A stretch of 64,000 bases of DNA, taken from Eukaryota sp. GEM-RC1 (lineage: Eukaryota). The stretch's first letter is position 1. The number at the start of each line of letters is the position of its first letter. The stretch lies in contig JAUFOQ010000016.1 of NCBI GenBank assembly GCA_040285855.1, positions 2,046,001 to 2,110,000 on the forward strand, read 5' to 3'. A model generated the notes under the pieces. The model saw only the letters and a program-made list of their open reading frames with translations. It searched no databases and was not told the origin of the DNA. Both the position numbers and the translations under genes were made by a program. Shown piece by piece: positions 1 through 11,589 of the stretch.

Positions 1-524
1 AGTTTAGATCAAGTTTTCTCGTTGAATATAACACCGTTGATATTATTAATTTTTAAATATTGTTGAAACAAGATATCCTCTTGCTGAAAACCTAGTAGTG
101 TTTTGGTTGTTCCCCAATTTCCTACTTACAATGCCCCAGAAAAACAGCCGTGTTGCACTAAGAAAAACTCCTCAAGCTATGGAGGAAGTGTCAGGTGAAC
201 CTTATGAATTCTGTAGATTTCTTGTACACGATGACTTGAGAAATGTGTACATTGGAAGAACGTATGTAAACCTTCACAGAAACTCAACATAGACTTGACG
301 AACGGGAAGCTCTCATCACTGGAGATGATATCGTTGAATTTGATGGAAACAAAAATTTCAAGGAGAAAGATTTTGTGTGGGCAAAGCTGCCTCACTCTAA
401 CAGCCTCGCCAAAGCACATATAAAATCAAAGAGATCTAACGACAAATTTGTTGTGGAACTCAATAATGGAGAAGAGATGGAGATGTCTGCAGAAGATATA
501 GCTCATCGATACATTTCAACCTGA
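1..524 (+). CDS. 3' part of a tandem-Tudor protein, SGF29-like; spliced (intron 262-292), probable missing T at 50-54; 5' end outside window
   Basis: Removing intron 262-292 joins ...NVYIGRT to LDEREALITGDD...FKEKDFVWAKLPHSNSLAKAHIKSKRSNDKFVVELNNGEEMEMSAEDIAHRYIST* (TGA 522-524). The pattern resembles the second SGF29 Tudor domain (F.K..V.A..P...A.I...D.Y.V...VAQRY), judged by eye. Confidence 0.45.
262..292 (+). other. 31-nt spliceosomal intron
   Basis: GTATGT...CTCAACATAG; removal restores the frame and deletes the in-frame TAG. Confidence 0.75.
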
Positions 525-583
525 TAAATCATGTAAATAAATTCATATGGTCTAACACAAAGCATTTTATTGATAATGGGAGA

Positions 584-826
584 TTAATCTTGCTTTGGAG
601 CAACCGGTGCTCTATATTTCCTCTCTTCGAGAAATACCATGATGATGTAGGCGATAACCACAAGATGCACGGATGCAAATGCTATAACAGCTGATATGAG
701 TCTTTTTCTTGAAGAAGGAAGGTCACGGGCGATGTACATAGAAGAAGGATAAGCTATAAGAGGAAAAAGAACGAGTAGTATACTCGTCACTATGAACTTG
801 AAGATCGGTCGTGGAGGGTTCATCAT
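584..826 (-). CDS. VMA21: V-ATPase assembly factor VMA21 (80 aa)
   Basis: Two TM helices, SAVIAFASVHLVVIAYI motif, C-terminal KQD as in animal VMA21; ATG at 826 (the longer ORF call overlaps the neighbouring gene). Confidence 0.8.
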   Translation of the reverse strand: MMNPPRPIFKFIVTSILLVLFPLIAYPSSMYIARDLPSSRKRLISAVIAFASVHLVVIAYIIMVFLEERKYRAPVAPKQD

Positions 827-872
827 TGGAAGACTGGAAAACCTCAGAGCCAAAGTTAATTTTTTAACTTCA

Positions 873-1328
873 ATGATTGAACTAAACGTCGGAGGTAAAC
901 TCTTCGCCACTTCTAAGGACACTCTTTCTAAAATACCTGATTCATATTTTGCTTCATTATCGACAGATAGTGACATTATCTTTATTGATAGAGATTTCAC
1001 ACACTTTCAGGAAATCTTGAATTTTGTGCGAGATGGTTCGGCTATCCTTCAATCTGACCAATTAGCGCTCCAGGAGATAAAAGCGGAAGCTGAATTCTAC
1101 AAATTGCCGGGACTTGTTTCTATTGTGGATGAAATGTTAAAGCAAGAGAAAGAAAAGGAACAGGGAGTCCGTACTTATAAGGTTTTTGAAATAGCAAAGG
1201 GCTGCTCTTCTAATGTAGAGCGCATCACCAATCAATATGCTACATATGGATATGTCTATGAAACAACATGCCAATCCAAATCCGGTGAAACATATCTTGT
1301 TCTTTCGGCACCAAAACAAAAGGAATAA
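873..1328 (+). CDS. BTB/POZ (KCTD/T1-type) domain protein
   Basis: IELNVGGKLFATSKDTL...IFIDRD...FQEILNFVRDG...EAEFYKLPGL is the BTB_2 signature. Confidence 0.9.
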   Translation: MIELNVGGKLFATSKDTLSKIPDSYFASLSTDSDIIFIDRDFTHFQEILNFVRDGSAILQSDQLALQEIKAEAEFYKLPGLVSIVDEMLKQEKEKEQGVRTYKVFEIAKGCSSNVERITNQYATYGYVYETTCQSKSGETYLVLSAPKQKE

Positions 1329-1387
1329 ATGTAATTAAGCTGTAAATGAAATGGAAGTTTATTTGATATGATTACAAGAGAAGGGAG

Positions 1388-1603
1388 CTATTCCCAATAA
1401 GAGGAGGAACTGAGACTGGAGCCTATCCCCAGTAGACCACCAACAAGGAAGAGTGTACCTGATATGAAGACCGGCGTGTTGACAGCAGACTTAACTGTAT
1501 CAAAGAAAGAATCTCCCTCAGCAATATCATAGGCAAGGAAATATGTTCCAATAGCAAGAACGACAAGGACGATGGAAAGCACCAGAAGAGTTTTTTTGGC
1601 CAT
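1388..1603 (-). CDS. small two-TM membrane protein, unknown function
   Basis: 71-aa ATG ORF with two hydrophobic segments, tail-to-tail with the BTB gene. Confidence 0.6.
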   Translation of the reverse strand: MAKKTLLVLSIVLVVLAIGTYFLAYDIAEGDSFFDTVKSAVNTPVFISGTLFLVGGLLGIGSSLSSSSYWE

Positions 1604-2258
1604 TTGTAGTTGTGAGATGAGTTTTGGAAAGATTTCTATCTCTAATTGTTTGTTGGCTAATTACTGTTACGTCAGCATCAGCATCGATATGTACTTGAAA
1701 ATACTACAGTACATGTACTACTAGTATGTGTGTTGTACATAAATTATACGATAATCACGATGTGCCGTCTTCATTCTGTTATCATATCTACACTGTACAT
1801 TGCTCTGTAAGACACTGACTGCAAAGACTCATCCACTGTTTTCGAATTGAAGCATCTTTCTTTCCCGAACAACATTAGGTTTACTTTCTTTCCCAGTTTA
1901 GTATATTATAAATGTGATATAAGATGAAAAAGTGAAAGGATTTTGTATTGATAGCACAGAGTTTACTTCAGGATAAATCGTACATGACAGAGAACAAATA
2001 TTGCTTTATCTGTGGGAAAACACAATAGATGAAGAACACGTCTACATCGGTCTGATACAACAGGATAACTGAGATGAGTGATTGTCAAAATGACGATGTC
2101 AGAAGGCTACAAATCCACATTAACACAAGAAGTGTGTTCGGTACAGGTCTGTATAATAACATCATGATGATAGTGGAAACCCCAACATACACGAAGAAAC
2201 TGAAAGGTTCTCAAAGCAGGGCGTAGAAAAAAGTACATCTAATTTCTCTCTATTGACA

Positions 2259-2735
2259 ATGGATCAGTTGAATTCTTATTTGGATAACATCAAGCAATTG
2301 TTTGAAGACCATCCTTCTTGTACAGAGCTTCAACATTTGAAGTCAGAAAATCACCAGCTTCAACAACAATTGGAACAACAATCTCTCAAATTACAACGCT
2401 ATAAAGCTCGAGTTCTCAAGTATGAAGCTTGGATCCGCTCAATCCAACATCTACTTCCTTCTGAGTACGTTTCTCCCAGCATCTCCACACACAATTCCCA
2501 ACCAACAGTCCCCGATGAAGACATTATTTGCATCTCTGATGCTGACGATTCTCATTTAAACTGTCCTGGTGATACTGATCTTGTTCGACAACAAAAACAG
2601 GATGCTGAGGCTGTTCTCACTGCTTGGGAAGTTCCGACTCAGAAGAAACGTGAAATGATTGGTAAAATAAAAGGTCCAGAACGTGAATCTTTTGATTTCT
2701 GGGTTATTAGGGGTCCTAATGGAGAGGAATTGTAG
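2259..2735 (+). CDS. hypothetical coiled-coil protein
   Basis: ATG at 2259, Q/L heptads followed by an acidic low-complexity region. Confidence 0.6.
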   Translation: MDQLNSYLDNIKQLFEDHPSCTELQHLKSENHQLQQQLEQQSLKLQRYKARVLKYEAWIRSIQHLLPSEYVSPSISTHNSQPTVPDEDIICISDADDSHLNCPGDTDLVRQQKQDAEAVLTAWEVPTQKKREMIGKIKGPERESFDFWVIRGPNGEEL

Positions 2736-3419
2736 TGAACCATTTCATTGTTTCCTCCTTCATTTTCTGATGTTAACAGCTTGTACTGATGTTTATTTAA
2801 ACAAAACGTGTTTACTATTGTTTGAGAGAATTTGTGCTATGTTCCTTTAACATATGTGACATCTGCTCAAACAGCGTTCTCTCTTTATTAGACAAGCTCT
2901 GTCAGAAGATATTTCTTTAGTTGTTCTGGTGTTCTAAAGCCTTTCTATGATGATGGGGCCTACATCTCTGACTCACGTTTTTCCTCTTTTGGATGTCGCT
3001 GAAACTAGGAAAAGAACAAGCCGTTACTACACAAAACTGTTACATCTACTGCTCTAAGTCATTTAAACTGATCTTTTACCAGTAACCTTCTAGATGAACA
3101 TTTCTTCGCTGGTTGTTAAAAATTCATGTCTCTAGTAAAGGTCAAGACAAGAGACAATTTGGGTGACAAAGTACTGATTCACTGTAATCTAATTTAGTGA
3201 GTTTTGATGGGTGATTCTCAATATGTGCTCTATTAATAAGAGCTGTATGTACACTGTAGTGTTGTTGTCATTACAAAATGTTTAATTAAAAAAAGAGTTG
3301 TTATTCTTCATTTTTGGTCAGGTCATTTATAATAAAGTAAAAAAACAAAAACAAACAAAGTTTTTGGTTAGTTACTATAATTAAACAAAATCTTCTGAGA
3401 AGACTACATAATAATACGA

Positions 3420-3990
3420 AACTTTATTCGGCACCCAATAAGGTAAACTACATTGTTTAGAACTAGTTACTCTTTTGCCAGACTCTTTGGTACAATCGCA
3501 TAGTTTATTGTTTATATAGAAGTGCTCCCAAAGTATTTGAATCCTAACCAGACATTTTGTATCGTGGTTCCAGAGTAGATGTACAGTATTTACAATCATT
3601 TAGGTACTTGTAAAATGTATTTTGTCCATCTATGTCCATCAGGCGCCTTGAACAACTTACTAGTAATCTATTCATTAGATACAAGAGATAATAACACAAA
3701 CTGAAACAAAATATCATTAAAACAACTTCCACCACTGTCAAATCTTACTACACAAATTTTCTCCTCATAAAAGCAACTCGCAGCCAGTGAAGCTTTGAAG
3801 GTGATTAGAGGAATTACAACCAGATACAACCAGGAATTGTCAAAAACGATACAATTCAACCATACCAAAACACCAAGGCGCTTGTTGATTCAATTTTCCA
3901 AAATCCTTAAAAACATTCAAAGTAGTTTTTCCAAAACGGCCGTGAAATGGTAGAACCTAAGGACATAATCGATGTTCAACATGTTTTATA
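3420..3990 (-). mobile_element. degraded CRE-like RLE retrotransposon 3' fragments
   Basis: 3422-3445 matches the family-A 3' end seen at 53101 and 62077; 3690-3990 resembles 35136-35420 (IPLI..KA.LA.S.FYE.K..VRFDS). Confidence 0.6.
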
Positions 3991-4179
3991 TGTACAAAAC
4001 AATAACAGTATCATGTGTACTTTTAAGTAAGTTGTTACTACGTTGAAAAATGCCATAGACATAAATTGGTGCTTACAGGTAGTGTCGTAGAACTTCTTTG
4101 TAATTGTATGCTCTTTCCAACGACTAAAAGGTCGTTTTGATTGGACAATATACTTATTCCGATCAATAAATACCTTTGC

Positions 4180-4975
4180 TTGAGTAGATTAACTTCTGCA
4201 CTGTTTCGTTAGATGCATAAATTTGTTAATTCGATTTTAGGCATACTTCGCAATTACTGGGTTGTTGGATCAGGAATTTCTAGAATTCTTACAATTATTA
4301 GTACGATTACTACAGTAATGCTTGGATTTCTCAAAGTTACGATTACTTCTGGAGTTCGTACAATTACCAGAGATTTTCTGCGAAAAAAAGAACTTTCGGT
4401 TCTGATTTCTATTCCCACTATTTCTGCAAAGTGCCAAAACAAACCATATGGAAATCCCTCTCAAATATGTAGCACAAGTTGAAACTTTTGGTTCCGTACT
4501 TCAACTGCAAAATGGGTTAATTTTATACCCAAATACTCAATGTTGATACCACTTTTATGTTTAAGTCAATATAATGGTCGATAATTGTTCACGAAAAATG
4601 TACTTTCGATGGTGTTTCGTTCAAAAACGTAAATTGATGTAAAAATGGTGAAGTGTCGGTGTCAAACAGTCTTTTGGTTATAACCAGTCTAGACTACACA
4701 TAACGAAACCGTCAGTATGATCTTGACTTGGTCCATTTTGTTAAGTTTTGTCCTGGGAATTGAAGATTTTTTCGTTTAAGGAATTTTCCCATTCCAATAA
4801 TTCTGGCGCTACAAAATTGTAGGAATTCATGGAATTCCTACAATTACGATTACGGGACATTAGTAATTGAAAACTATGATTTTAGGTACGTTGTTTGGTG
4901 AAGGACAGAAGGATCGTCATTCTTTTTTGCAAAAGGAAGTATTTCACTGCATTAATCATAAAACCCGTTTGTTCA
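4180..4975 (+). mobile_element. CRE-like fragment (family C) split by a MITE
   Basis: 4183-4241 and 4879-4970 match the reverse complement of parts of 12310-12482 and 51335-51500. Confidence 0.7.
4242..4878. mobile_element. hAT-type MITE, 637 bp
   Basis: Imperfect TIR CATACTTCGCAATTACT / AGTAATTGAAAACTATG; perfect 8-bp TSD ATTTTAGG (4234-4241, 4879-4886); subterminal CAATTAC/CGATTAC repeats. Confidence 0.85.
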
Positions 4976-5015
4976 GTAAAACATGACTCTAAATACAATC
5001 GAGTATACAAAGGAT

Positions 5016-5526
5016 CAGGGACTGGCAACAATTATTGGTATTGGCAATAGTTTTTATTGATTGCAGCCCATTTTGCAATATTTTTCCAATAACAATGTAT
5101 CGGCAATAATTCTGTGCTGTAAAATGTGCCTACTTTTTGAAGATTAATTGTTTCAGAATTCTTCAAGGTGTACATTTTGCAAAATTGTCTTGATCAAAGT
5201 AAAGTGTCATAAACAGCAACATCCTTTGAAGCAGTTTGTACTTCATGTATATGACCAATGGGTAGACAGAAATAAGCTAGTGTTACTACTGAACCTTTTT
5301 TCCGTGATTGAAGATGGTTTTGTTGCAGTTTGTATTCCAACTTTTCCATGTGAGAAGTTTGAGTCAATAACTTAGTTAAATTTGATCCCAACTTCTGTCA
5401 CAATGATATGTGTGTTGATGATTTTATTGGTCCAATTTATTGCGATTTAATGGACCAATACCAATTATTGATTGGAGCCCAAAATTTTGCAGCAATACTA
5501 TTGCAATAAATTGTTGCCAGTCCCTG
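5016..5526. mobile_element. MITE with CAGGG termini and a 9-bp TSD
   Basis: 18-bp TIR CAGGGACTGGCAACAATT / AATTGTTGCCAGTCCCTG; direct repeat ACAAAGGAT at 5007-5015 and 5527-5535. Confidence 0.9.
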
Positions 5527-5659
5527 ACAAAGGATACCAGACATTCTAGTTTTTAGAAAAAATAATCTATTACCTAGGCTTGAAATGACAACATACTCTT
5601 TCCAACCACCCAAACTCCATTTCATTCTCCTTATGACAAACTACCATATGAGTAACTAG

Positions 5660-6549
5660 TAGAGTTGGCAAACAACGCGACGAGTCATGACTTTTTCATG
5701 ACGTGACGTGACTTGAAGTCACGTCGACTTGGGTTTTTTCCGATGACTTCAAGTCACGTCAACTTGGGTTTTTGGTGACGACGTCATGACGTCGTCGTGA
5801 CTTCTGAGTCTGTATATTAATACTCTGTTTTTGTATTTAATAATGGGTTATTTGTTACATATGCTCATGGGTGTTATCCTTCTCTTTTATAAACAATGAT
5901 AGGTATCATGTTTTGGTCACTAGAAGATAATAAAATCAGTATTGCTTCAAATTCATATAACTATTTGATCAACAGTTTGTGTTGTACGAGGCTAAAATTG
6001 CTTCTCAGGAAAATGAAAATCCCCAAAGTGCTATTAATCAAACTCCATCATTTTTTGATAGCTCTGATGACGACGAAGATGAAGACGACGAGAGTGACAA
6101 GAGTGACGATGACGTAGTGTTGGATGATGAGCGTCAACAATACATTGGTGAACCAGTGTCATCTTTAGAACCATTGGCGTATTGGGAAGCACATTCGGCA
6201 ATATTCCCTGTGCTTTCGACCATCGCTTGTGACTTTTTGTGCATCCAAGCAACATCAGTACCAAGTGAACGGTTGTTTTCACAAGCAGGTCTCACAGTTA
6301 CTGACAGAAGAATTCGTTTGAGTTCCAGTTCTGTACAAGCACTGCTTTGGTTGAACTCATGGAATGATTTGTAGCCAGTAGGATTTTTGGAATAAAGTGT
6401 GTTAATATCTAGTTCAAAAGTCATGTAACGATGACGATGACGTGACTTGACGTGACGATGACGTGACTTGGTTTTGTTGGAAGTCACGTCACGTCGACTT
6501 GACTAGACATCGTCATGACTCGTCAGGACGTCGTCATTTGCCAACTCTA
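5660..6549 (+). mobile_element. internally deleted hAT DNA transposon, 890 bp
   Basis: TIR TAGAGTTGGCAAA / TTTGCCAACTCTA; TSD GTAACTAG / GTAACTAC (7/8 match); dense subterminal TGACG/CGTCA repeats; retains a transposase C-terminus. Confidence 0.95.
5979..6374 (+). pseudogene. hAT transposase C-terminal dimerisation-domain remnant
   Basis: PLAYW...FPVLSTIACDFLCIQATSVPSERLFSQAG...RRIRL. Confidence 0.9.
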
Positions 6550-7895
6550 GTAACTACACTTGAAACATTAGAAGGATCTACTTTCAACAGACAATTAGTT
6601 AATTGGGAACTATTAAGTATACCCAGACTAAGCCAATCTGACAACATTGGTATCAGGAATTCCCCTGCTCTAGGAAATTCTTTTGATAAATTTTCGTATT
6701 TTCCATCTTCAAAAACTTACACAAACCAGCTGCACATTGACTCCTTGTCAATGGATCATCATCTGTCATCAATTCTTTAATGATTAACTGAAACTGATCT
6801 CGAAGCAATGGTTTGTTCAAGTTAATGAAAAGATACCAAACATCAGCAACAAATGGAATCTTGTCTGGACCTGAAAGACGAAGATTAAAGAACTCTCGTA
6901 TCAAATGCGTAATTCACATCCTGTCAATATTCACCACAAACTTCTTGGCATTTTCCTCAGTATTTAGTACACCATTTGTTTTCTTGCTAGGTGTATCGCC
7001 AGATTTCCGACGAAGATGTTGTCCTAGTTGTTGTTTATTGTAAGAGTTCATCCACTTAGTACAAAGAACACGTTCTCTGATAGAAATGACTACAAGTAGA
7101 GAAATCACTGATTTGTTTTGCAACGACTTTCTCAATAAACTCATTGATTGCAGCTGAATTAAGTAGTTTAGTCCATAGAATTAAAAGACCTTCGATGGCG
7201 AATGGTTTTTGGAAGTTTTTAACTAATTGTTTAGTAACTGTTGAAGCCACACCAGCAGGAATAACTGAGTGAAGAATTAAAGAAACAATAAATCGAACAA
7301 TACCCAGTACATTGACCTTCAGTTTTGCTTCTGTCATTGTAAGCTCTTCGTTGATAGAACAAGAACTGTGACCCTGGGCGAGTAGCTTCGTGAATTCTTC
7401 TGAATCTTTCACAAAAAACTTTTCAAAGTTAGACTGACATTGAGCTATAAAATAACCCGAGAAACCAGGAAATTCCTTGGATAACTTGACAGAAAGTTGA
7501 ATGTAAAGATTGCTAAAAGAGGGTTCCAATACAGCCTTGATAAATAAAAGGAAAGTAAACTCCTTTTTAAATTCCACAAATAATTCATCAGAAAGAGATC
7601 TTGAACAAGGATGTTGTCTGTTAAAGATTTCTACAATACTACTGAAGATCTTAACCTTGTTGGATTCTGAGAGTTTATTCAACAAACGCTTGATCTCTTT
7701 AAGTAAGGCAAAAACACCATCTTGTTTAGCCCTGTTACGTTGTTCTTCAAAGTCAAATGCATTAGGAGTTTTAGGAATAGAAGTGGGAATTTTAAAAGTC
7801 AAAGAATGACTAGAATTAAGTAAATCTTAAATTCCCTCGCCATGAACAGCTGGGGTAACTGTTGTGTCAGAAGAAAGAGTATGTGAAGGAACTGA
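6550..7895 (-). pseudogene. eIF4G-like MIF4G + MA3 region, in frame with the upstream RRM gene; disrupted and truncated by the hAT insertion
   Basis: MIF4G: KEIKRLLNKLS...IKAVLEPSFSNLYIQL...FIAQCQSNFE...LGIVRFIVSL...IEGLLIL. MA3-like after correcting an indel at 6711-6715: LTRSQCAAGLCKFFEDGKYENLSKEFPRAGEFLIPMLSDWLSLGIL. Other lesions: TAA 7827-7829, frameshift near 7085, TGA 6914-6916. Confidence 0.8.
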
Positions 7896-10706
7896 CTAGG
7901 AGGGAATCTTGTTGTGTTTCTCCAATTCCAGTTTTTCCGTCTCCTCCTCTTCATCCTCCATTTCAGTGATCAACTTGATAAAAGCTTCCTTGTCGTGTTC
8001 AGATTCATTAGCTGAAGGAAGTTTCTTGAAAGCTGTCTGACCTAAGGGATCGTTGGGTTTTGGAGAAGGACAACGGGGATGTTCAAGTTGTTGGTTGAGT
8101 ATTTTGCGTTCCAATTTCGTTCTACAATTACATAGAATAAGAGGATCTTTCGATCCAACTAATGATTTCCCACTCATTGCACCAAGAGCTACATTAGCGT
8201 CTTCAGATTTTTCAAAACAAACAAATCCAAATTTCTTCCTTTCACCAATAACAGCTTCAAACACATTTGAACGAGTTATTTTACCAAAGGGAGAGAACAG
8301 TTGGTAAAGAGATTCATCTGTGGTACTGGGAGGGAGAGAACCTACCCAAAGAGATTGGTGTTTGGACGCTTCCTTAAGATGAGCACTTTTACGTAGCTCC
8401 TCTTGTAGAAGAGAGACACCTATAGGCGTCTTAGGTTGGAAGAAATTGACTTCAATAGGATCTTCTCCAAATGCATGAGATTGATTCAACTTTCTAACAG
8501 CCTTAATAGCTTGTTCAATAGTGGTAAAGTCAACGAAACCGACTTTTTTGTTCTTAGGTTCAACTGTTGTAAGGCGATGAGATTTGACCTCACCAAATGA
8601 GGACATGATTTTCAAGAATGATTCGTCCGTAACTTCAATGGGAAGGTTTTTGACATAAACATTAGTTTGCGGACGGATACCATCAACCATCCTTACAAAC
8701 AGGTTGGCAGGTTGGTGGTGACGAACCGATATAGTACACCTCTCTTCTGGTTCTTCAATGGAGCCAACTTCTTTGCCGTTCATAGCCTCAATGGATTTAA
8801 CAGCATTTTCATAAGTATCAAATTGGATATAAGCATATCCTTGACTCTTTCCTTCGTCGTCTGTCTTCAATTTACACGAGATAATTGTTCCATAAGGGGA
8901 AAAAAGGTTTTCCAATCTGTTTGAATCAATGTTAGGATGGAGGCCCTTGATGAATAATGTAGCTAAATTGTTTTGGCGAGACGTGTGAGATTCAGCAAAC
9001 ATTATTCGGCATGGCTTGCCATTAATCCTGAGCAAGTGGCAGCTTTCCTCAGCTTTGAAAGCATCATTACGGCCTTTAAAATTGATATAAGCGTACCCAA
9101 GACTCTTTCCATCGGTTCTTGGGGGGATTTTGACTGAGACAATGGTACCAAATTGAGAGAACACATTGCTCAAATCTTCCTCAGGTGTATGAGGATTTAA
9201 ATCAGCGACGTATAAGCAGCTAGAAGACGAGTGGATAGAACGACAACGTGATCTTTCACCCAGGATAAGCTGTTGGTAGAGTATCCTACCCTCATGTTCT
9301 GATCTAAACTTAGACACAATAAGATAATCTTTCGATCCAGGTAAGATCTTTCCATTCATTGCACCAAGAGCGGCATTAGCGTCTTCAAGCTTTTCGAGAC
9401 AAACAAATCCAAATTGCCGGCTTTCATCGGGAGCAGTTTCAAATACCTTTGAGCGGGTTATTTTACCAAAGGGAGAGAACAGTTGGTAAAGAGATTCATC
9501 TGTGGTACTGGGAGGAAGAGAGCAAACCCAAAGACATTTATGTCTGGCTGCCATAAGCTCAACACAGGTACGAGCGGCCCATCTTTGACGAAACGCACTT
9601 GCATGATTGTGAGCTTGGAAGAATTTGACTTCGATTGGATCTTCTCCAAAGGCACAAGATTGGTCAAGATCTTCCACAGCCTTAATAGCTTGTTCAATGG
9701 TGGTAAAGTCAACGAAACCGACCTTTTTGTTCTTAGCTTCAACTGTTGTAAGGCGATGAGATTTGACCTCACCAAATGAGGACATGATTTCCAAATTTCC
9801 AATTTTTCAGAATGCTTCGTCCGTAACTTCAATGGGAAGGTTTTTGACCAAAACATTAGTTTGTGTACGGATACTGTCAGTAAATCTGAAACCGTGGGAT
9901 ATCGGGTGGAAATGACATACCGATATAGGACACGTCTCTTCTGGTTCTTCAATGGAGCCAACTTCTTTACCGTTCATAGCCTCAACGGCTTTAACAGCAT
10001 GTTCATGGGTATCAAATTGGACGTAAGCATATCCTTCACTATTCCCTTCGCCATCTGTTTTCAATCGTCCTGTAACAATTGTTCCAAAAGGGCAAAAAAG
10101 TTCTTCCACTCTTTTTGAATCAATGTTAGGGTGGAGACCCCTGATGAATAATTTACCAAAATTGTTTTGGTGATTGGAATTAGATTCAGCAAACATCAGA
10201 TGACATGGTTGGCCATTAATCTCGAGTAAGTTGCAGCTTTCTTCAGCTTTGAAAGCATCATCATGGGCTTCAAAATTGATATAAGAGTCGCCAAAACTCT
10301 TACCATTGGCTCTCGTTGTAAGGATTTTGACTGAAACAATGGTACCAAATTGAGAGAAGACATTCCTCAAATCTTCCTCAGTTGTATGAGGATTTAAATC
10401 ACCGACGTATAAGCAGCTCGAAGAGGAATGGATTGATTTAGAAGTGTGGCCCATAGTTTGAGATAGAGAAGGAGTCCTTGCACCAGTGAATGGATCCTCA
10501 ATGGTAGGTGAATTGATCGACTTCCGGTTGGAGTCATTGAACGTTACCTTGAGTAGACCTGCTCCCCAATCCTCGTTCTGAAGTTGAACTAGAGCAGATT
10601 TAGCCTCTTGATGAGAACAGAAGTCACAAAAGCCAATGACCATGGAGTCTTTTGGAACACGATTCATCTCTTGAGAGGAGAATTTGAAAGAATCTGAATT
10701 GTTCAA
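7896..10706 (-). pseudogene. PABP-like protein with a duplicated RRM1-4 block (8 RRMs plus a divergent partial N-terminal RRM), interrupted by a 15-nt stop-containing insertion
   Basis: Two tandem copies of LYV(G/A)DL / LFI(R/K)GL..GYAY.QF / NV.VKNLP / LWV.SLP. ORFs 9807-10706 and 7896-9794 are in the same frame, separated by TGAAAAATTGGAAAT (9795-9809). Confidence 0.85.
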
Positions 10707-11221
10707 TTTTACAACACGATTTGACTGGAATCAATAAGGAAACCGCTGGTTTCCATGTTTACTGCACGATTGTTCGGAGAAAGTGAGCCAGAATAAGAGT
10801 CGATTGAAATTGTTTCATCCAAAATTTGCAATACATGTTCTAAACAATAGTACGTTTAGTTGTAACTGAAAAGTAAAGAACGGGTAATTGAGAATCCTCT
10901 GTGTCTTTTAGATTGATTTATGAAACCAGGATTAAAAAGTGTAGATTTCATTTCAGTTCGTGAAGGTGTGAACTGAACTAAACTAATTCAAATTCACAGA
11001 CAAAACTGTCGATTTGGAACGCTCCTAAAATGTAACACTAGTCAGTGAGACCGTCAGTCTTACAGGAAGATTTGTGTAGCACATAAAACATGTTTTCGTG
11101 GTGTAACACAGCTATTGTATCTGCTGAGAAAGCAAAATAAACAAGTTTGATGTCTGTCGCTTTGTATTTTGAACTTTTAAAGTAGATTAAAGGAAAGTAA
11201 ATTCACTTTCGAACTTTACTA

Positions 11222-11364
11222 CTGTATCCTGCCTAATAGAGCACCCCTAATACCAAAATAAAAAGGTGCTCTAAGATATAGCACCTGCCTAATAGAGCAC
11301 CCATAAATCCAAGGGAAAAAGGTGCTCTAGAATAGAGCACGGTGCTCTATTAGGCAGGATATAG
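11222..11364. mobile_element. 143-bp Tc1/mariner(pogo)-type MITE with an internal duplication
   Basis: TA flanks (11220-11221, 11365-11366); TIR CTGTATCCTGCCTAATAGAGCACC / GGTGCTCTATTAGGCAGGATATAG; lies within a relic end (TAGTGAAGCCTG, 11370-11381) of the MITE family at 30828. Confidence 0.85.
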
Positions 11365-11589
11365 TATTTTAGTGAAGCCTGGTATACAGCAACCCAATTA
11401 GTCCAAATATTGTAAACTGTAGTATTCAGATTTTTTGAGATACAATATAATCCAAATGACACTAAGCGACAAATGTTCCTGATACAATCCAGTTGCCATT
11501 CGCTTAAAGTCGAATTTAGTACTGTACATGTTTTTTCGTGCAGATCAAACTTATTGACAACAACACTGCAGTGTACACACATCTAATAA

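Noticed and set aside
792..1000. Long overlap between ORFs 584-1000 (-) and 792-1328 (+)
   Set aside because: Homology supports starts at 826 and 873, which removes the overlap.
6914..9809. Stop-codon reassignment (TAR=Gln or TGA read-through) to explain the in-frame stops in the PABP-MIF4G locus and 47011-49380
   Set aside because: Conserved genes end at their expected C-termini with all three stops (VMA21 TAA, CenH3 TAG, CDT2 TGA), and long housekeeping ORFs contain no internal stops. The stops are confined to loci with other lesions.
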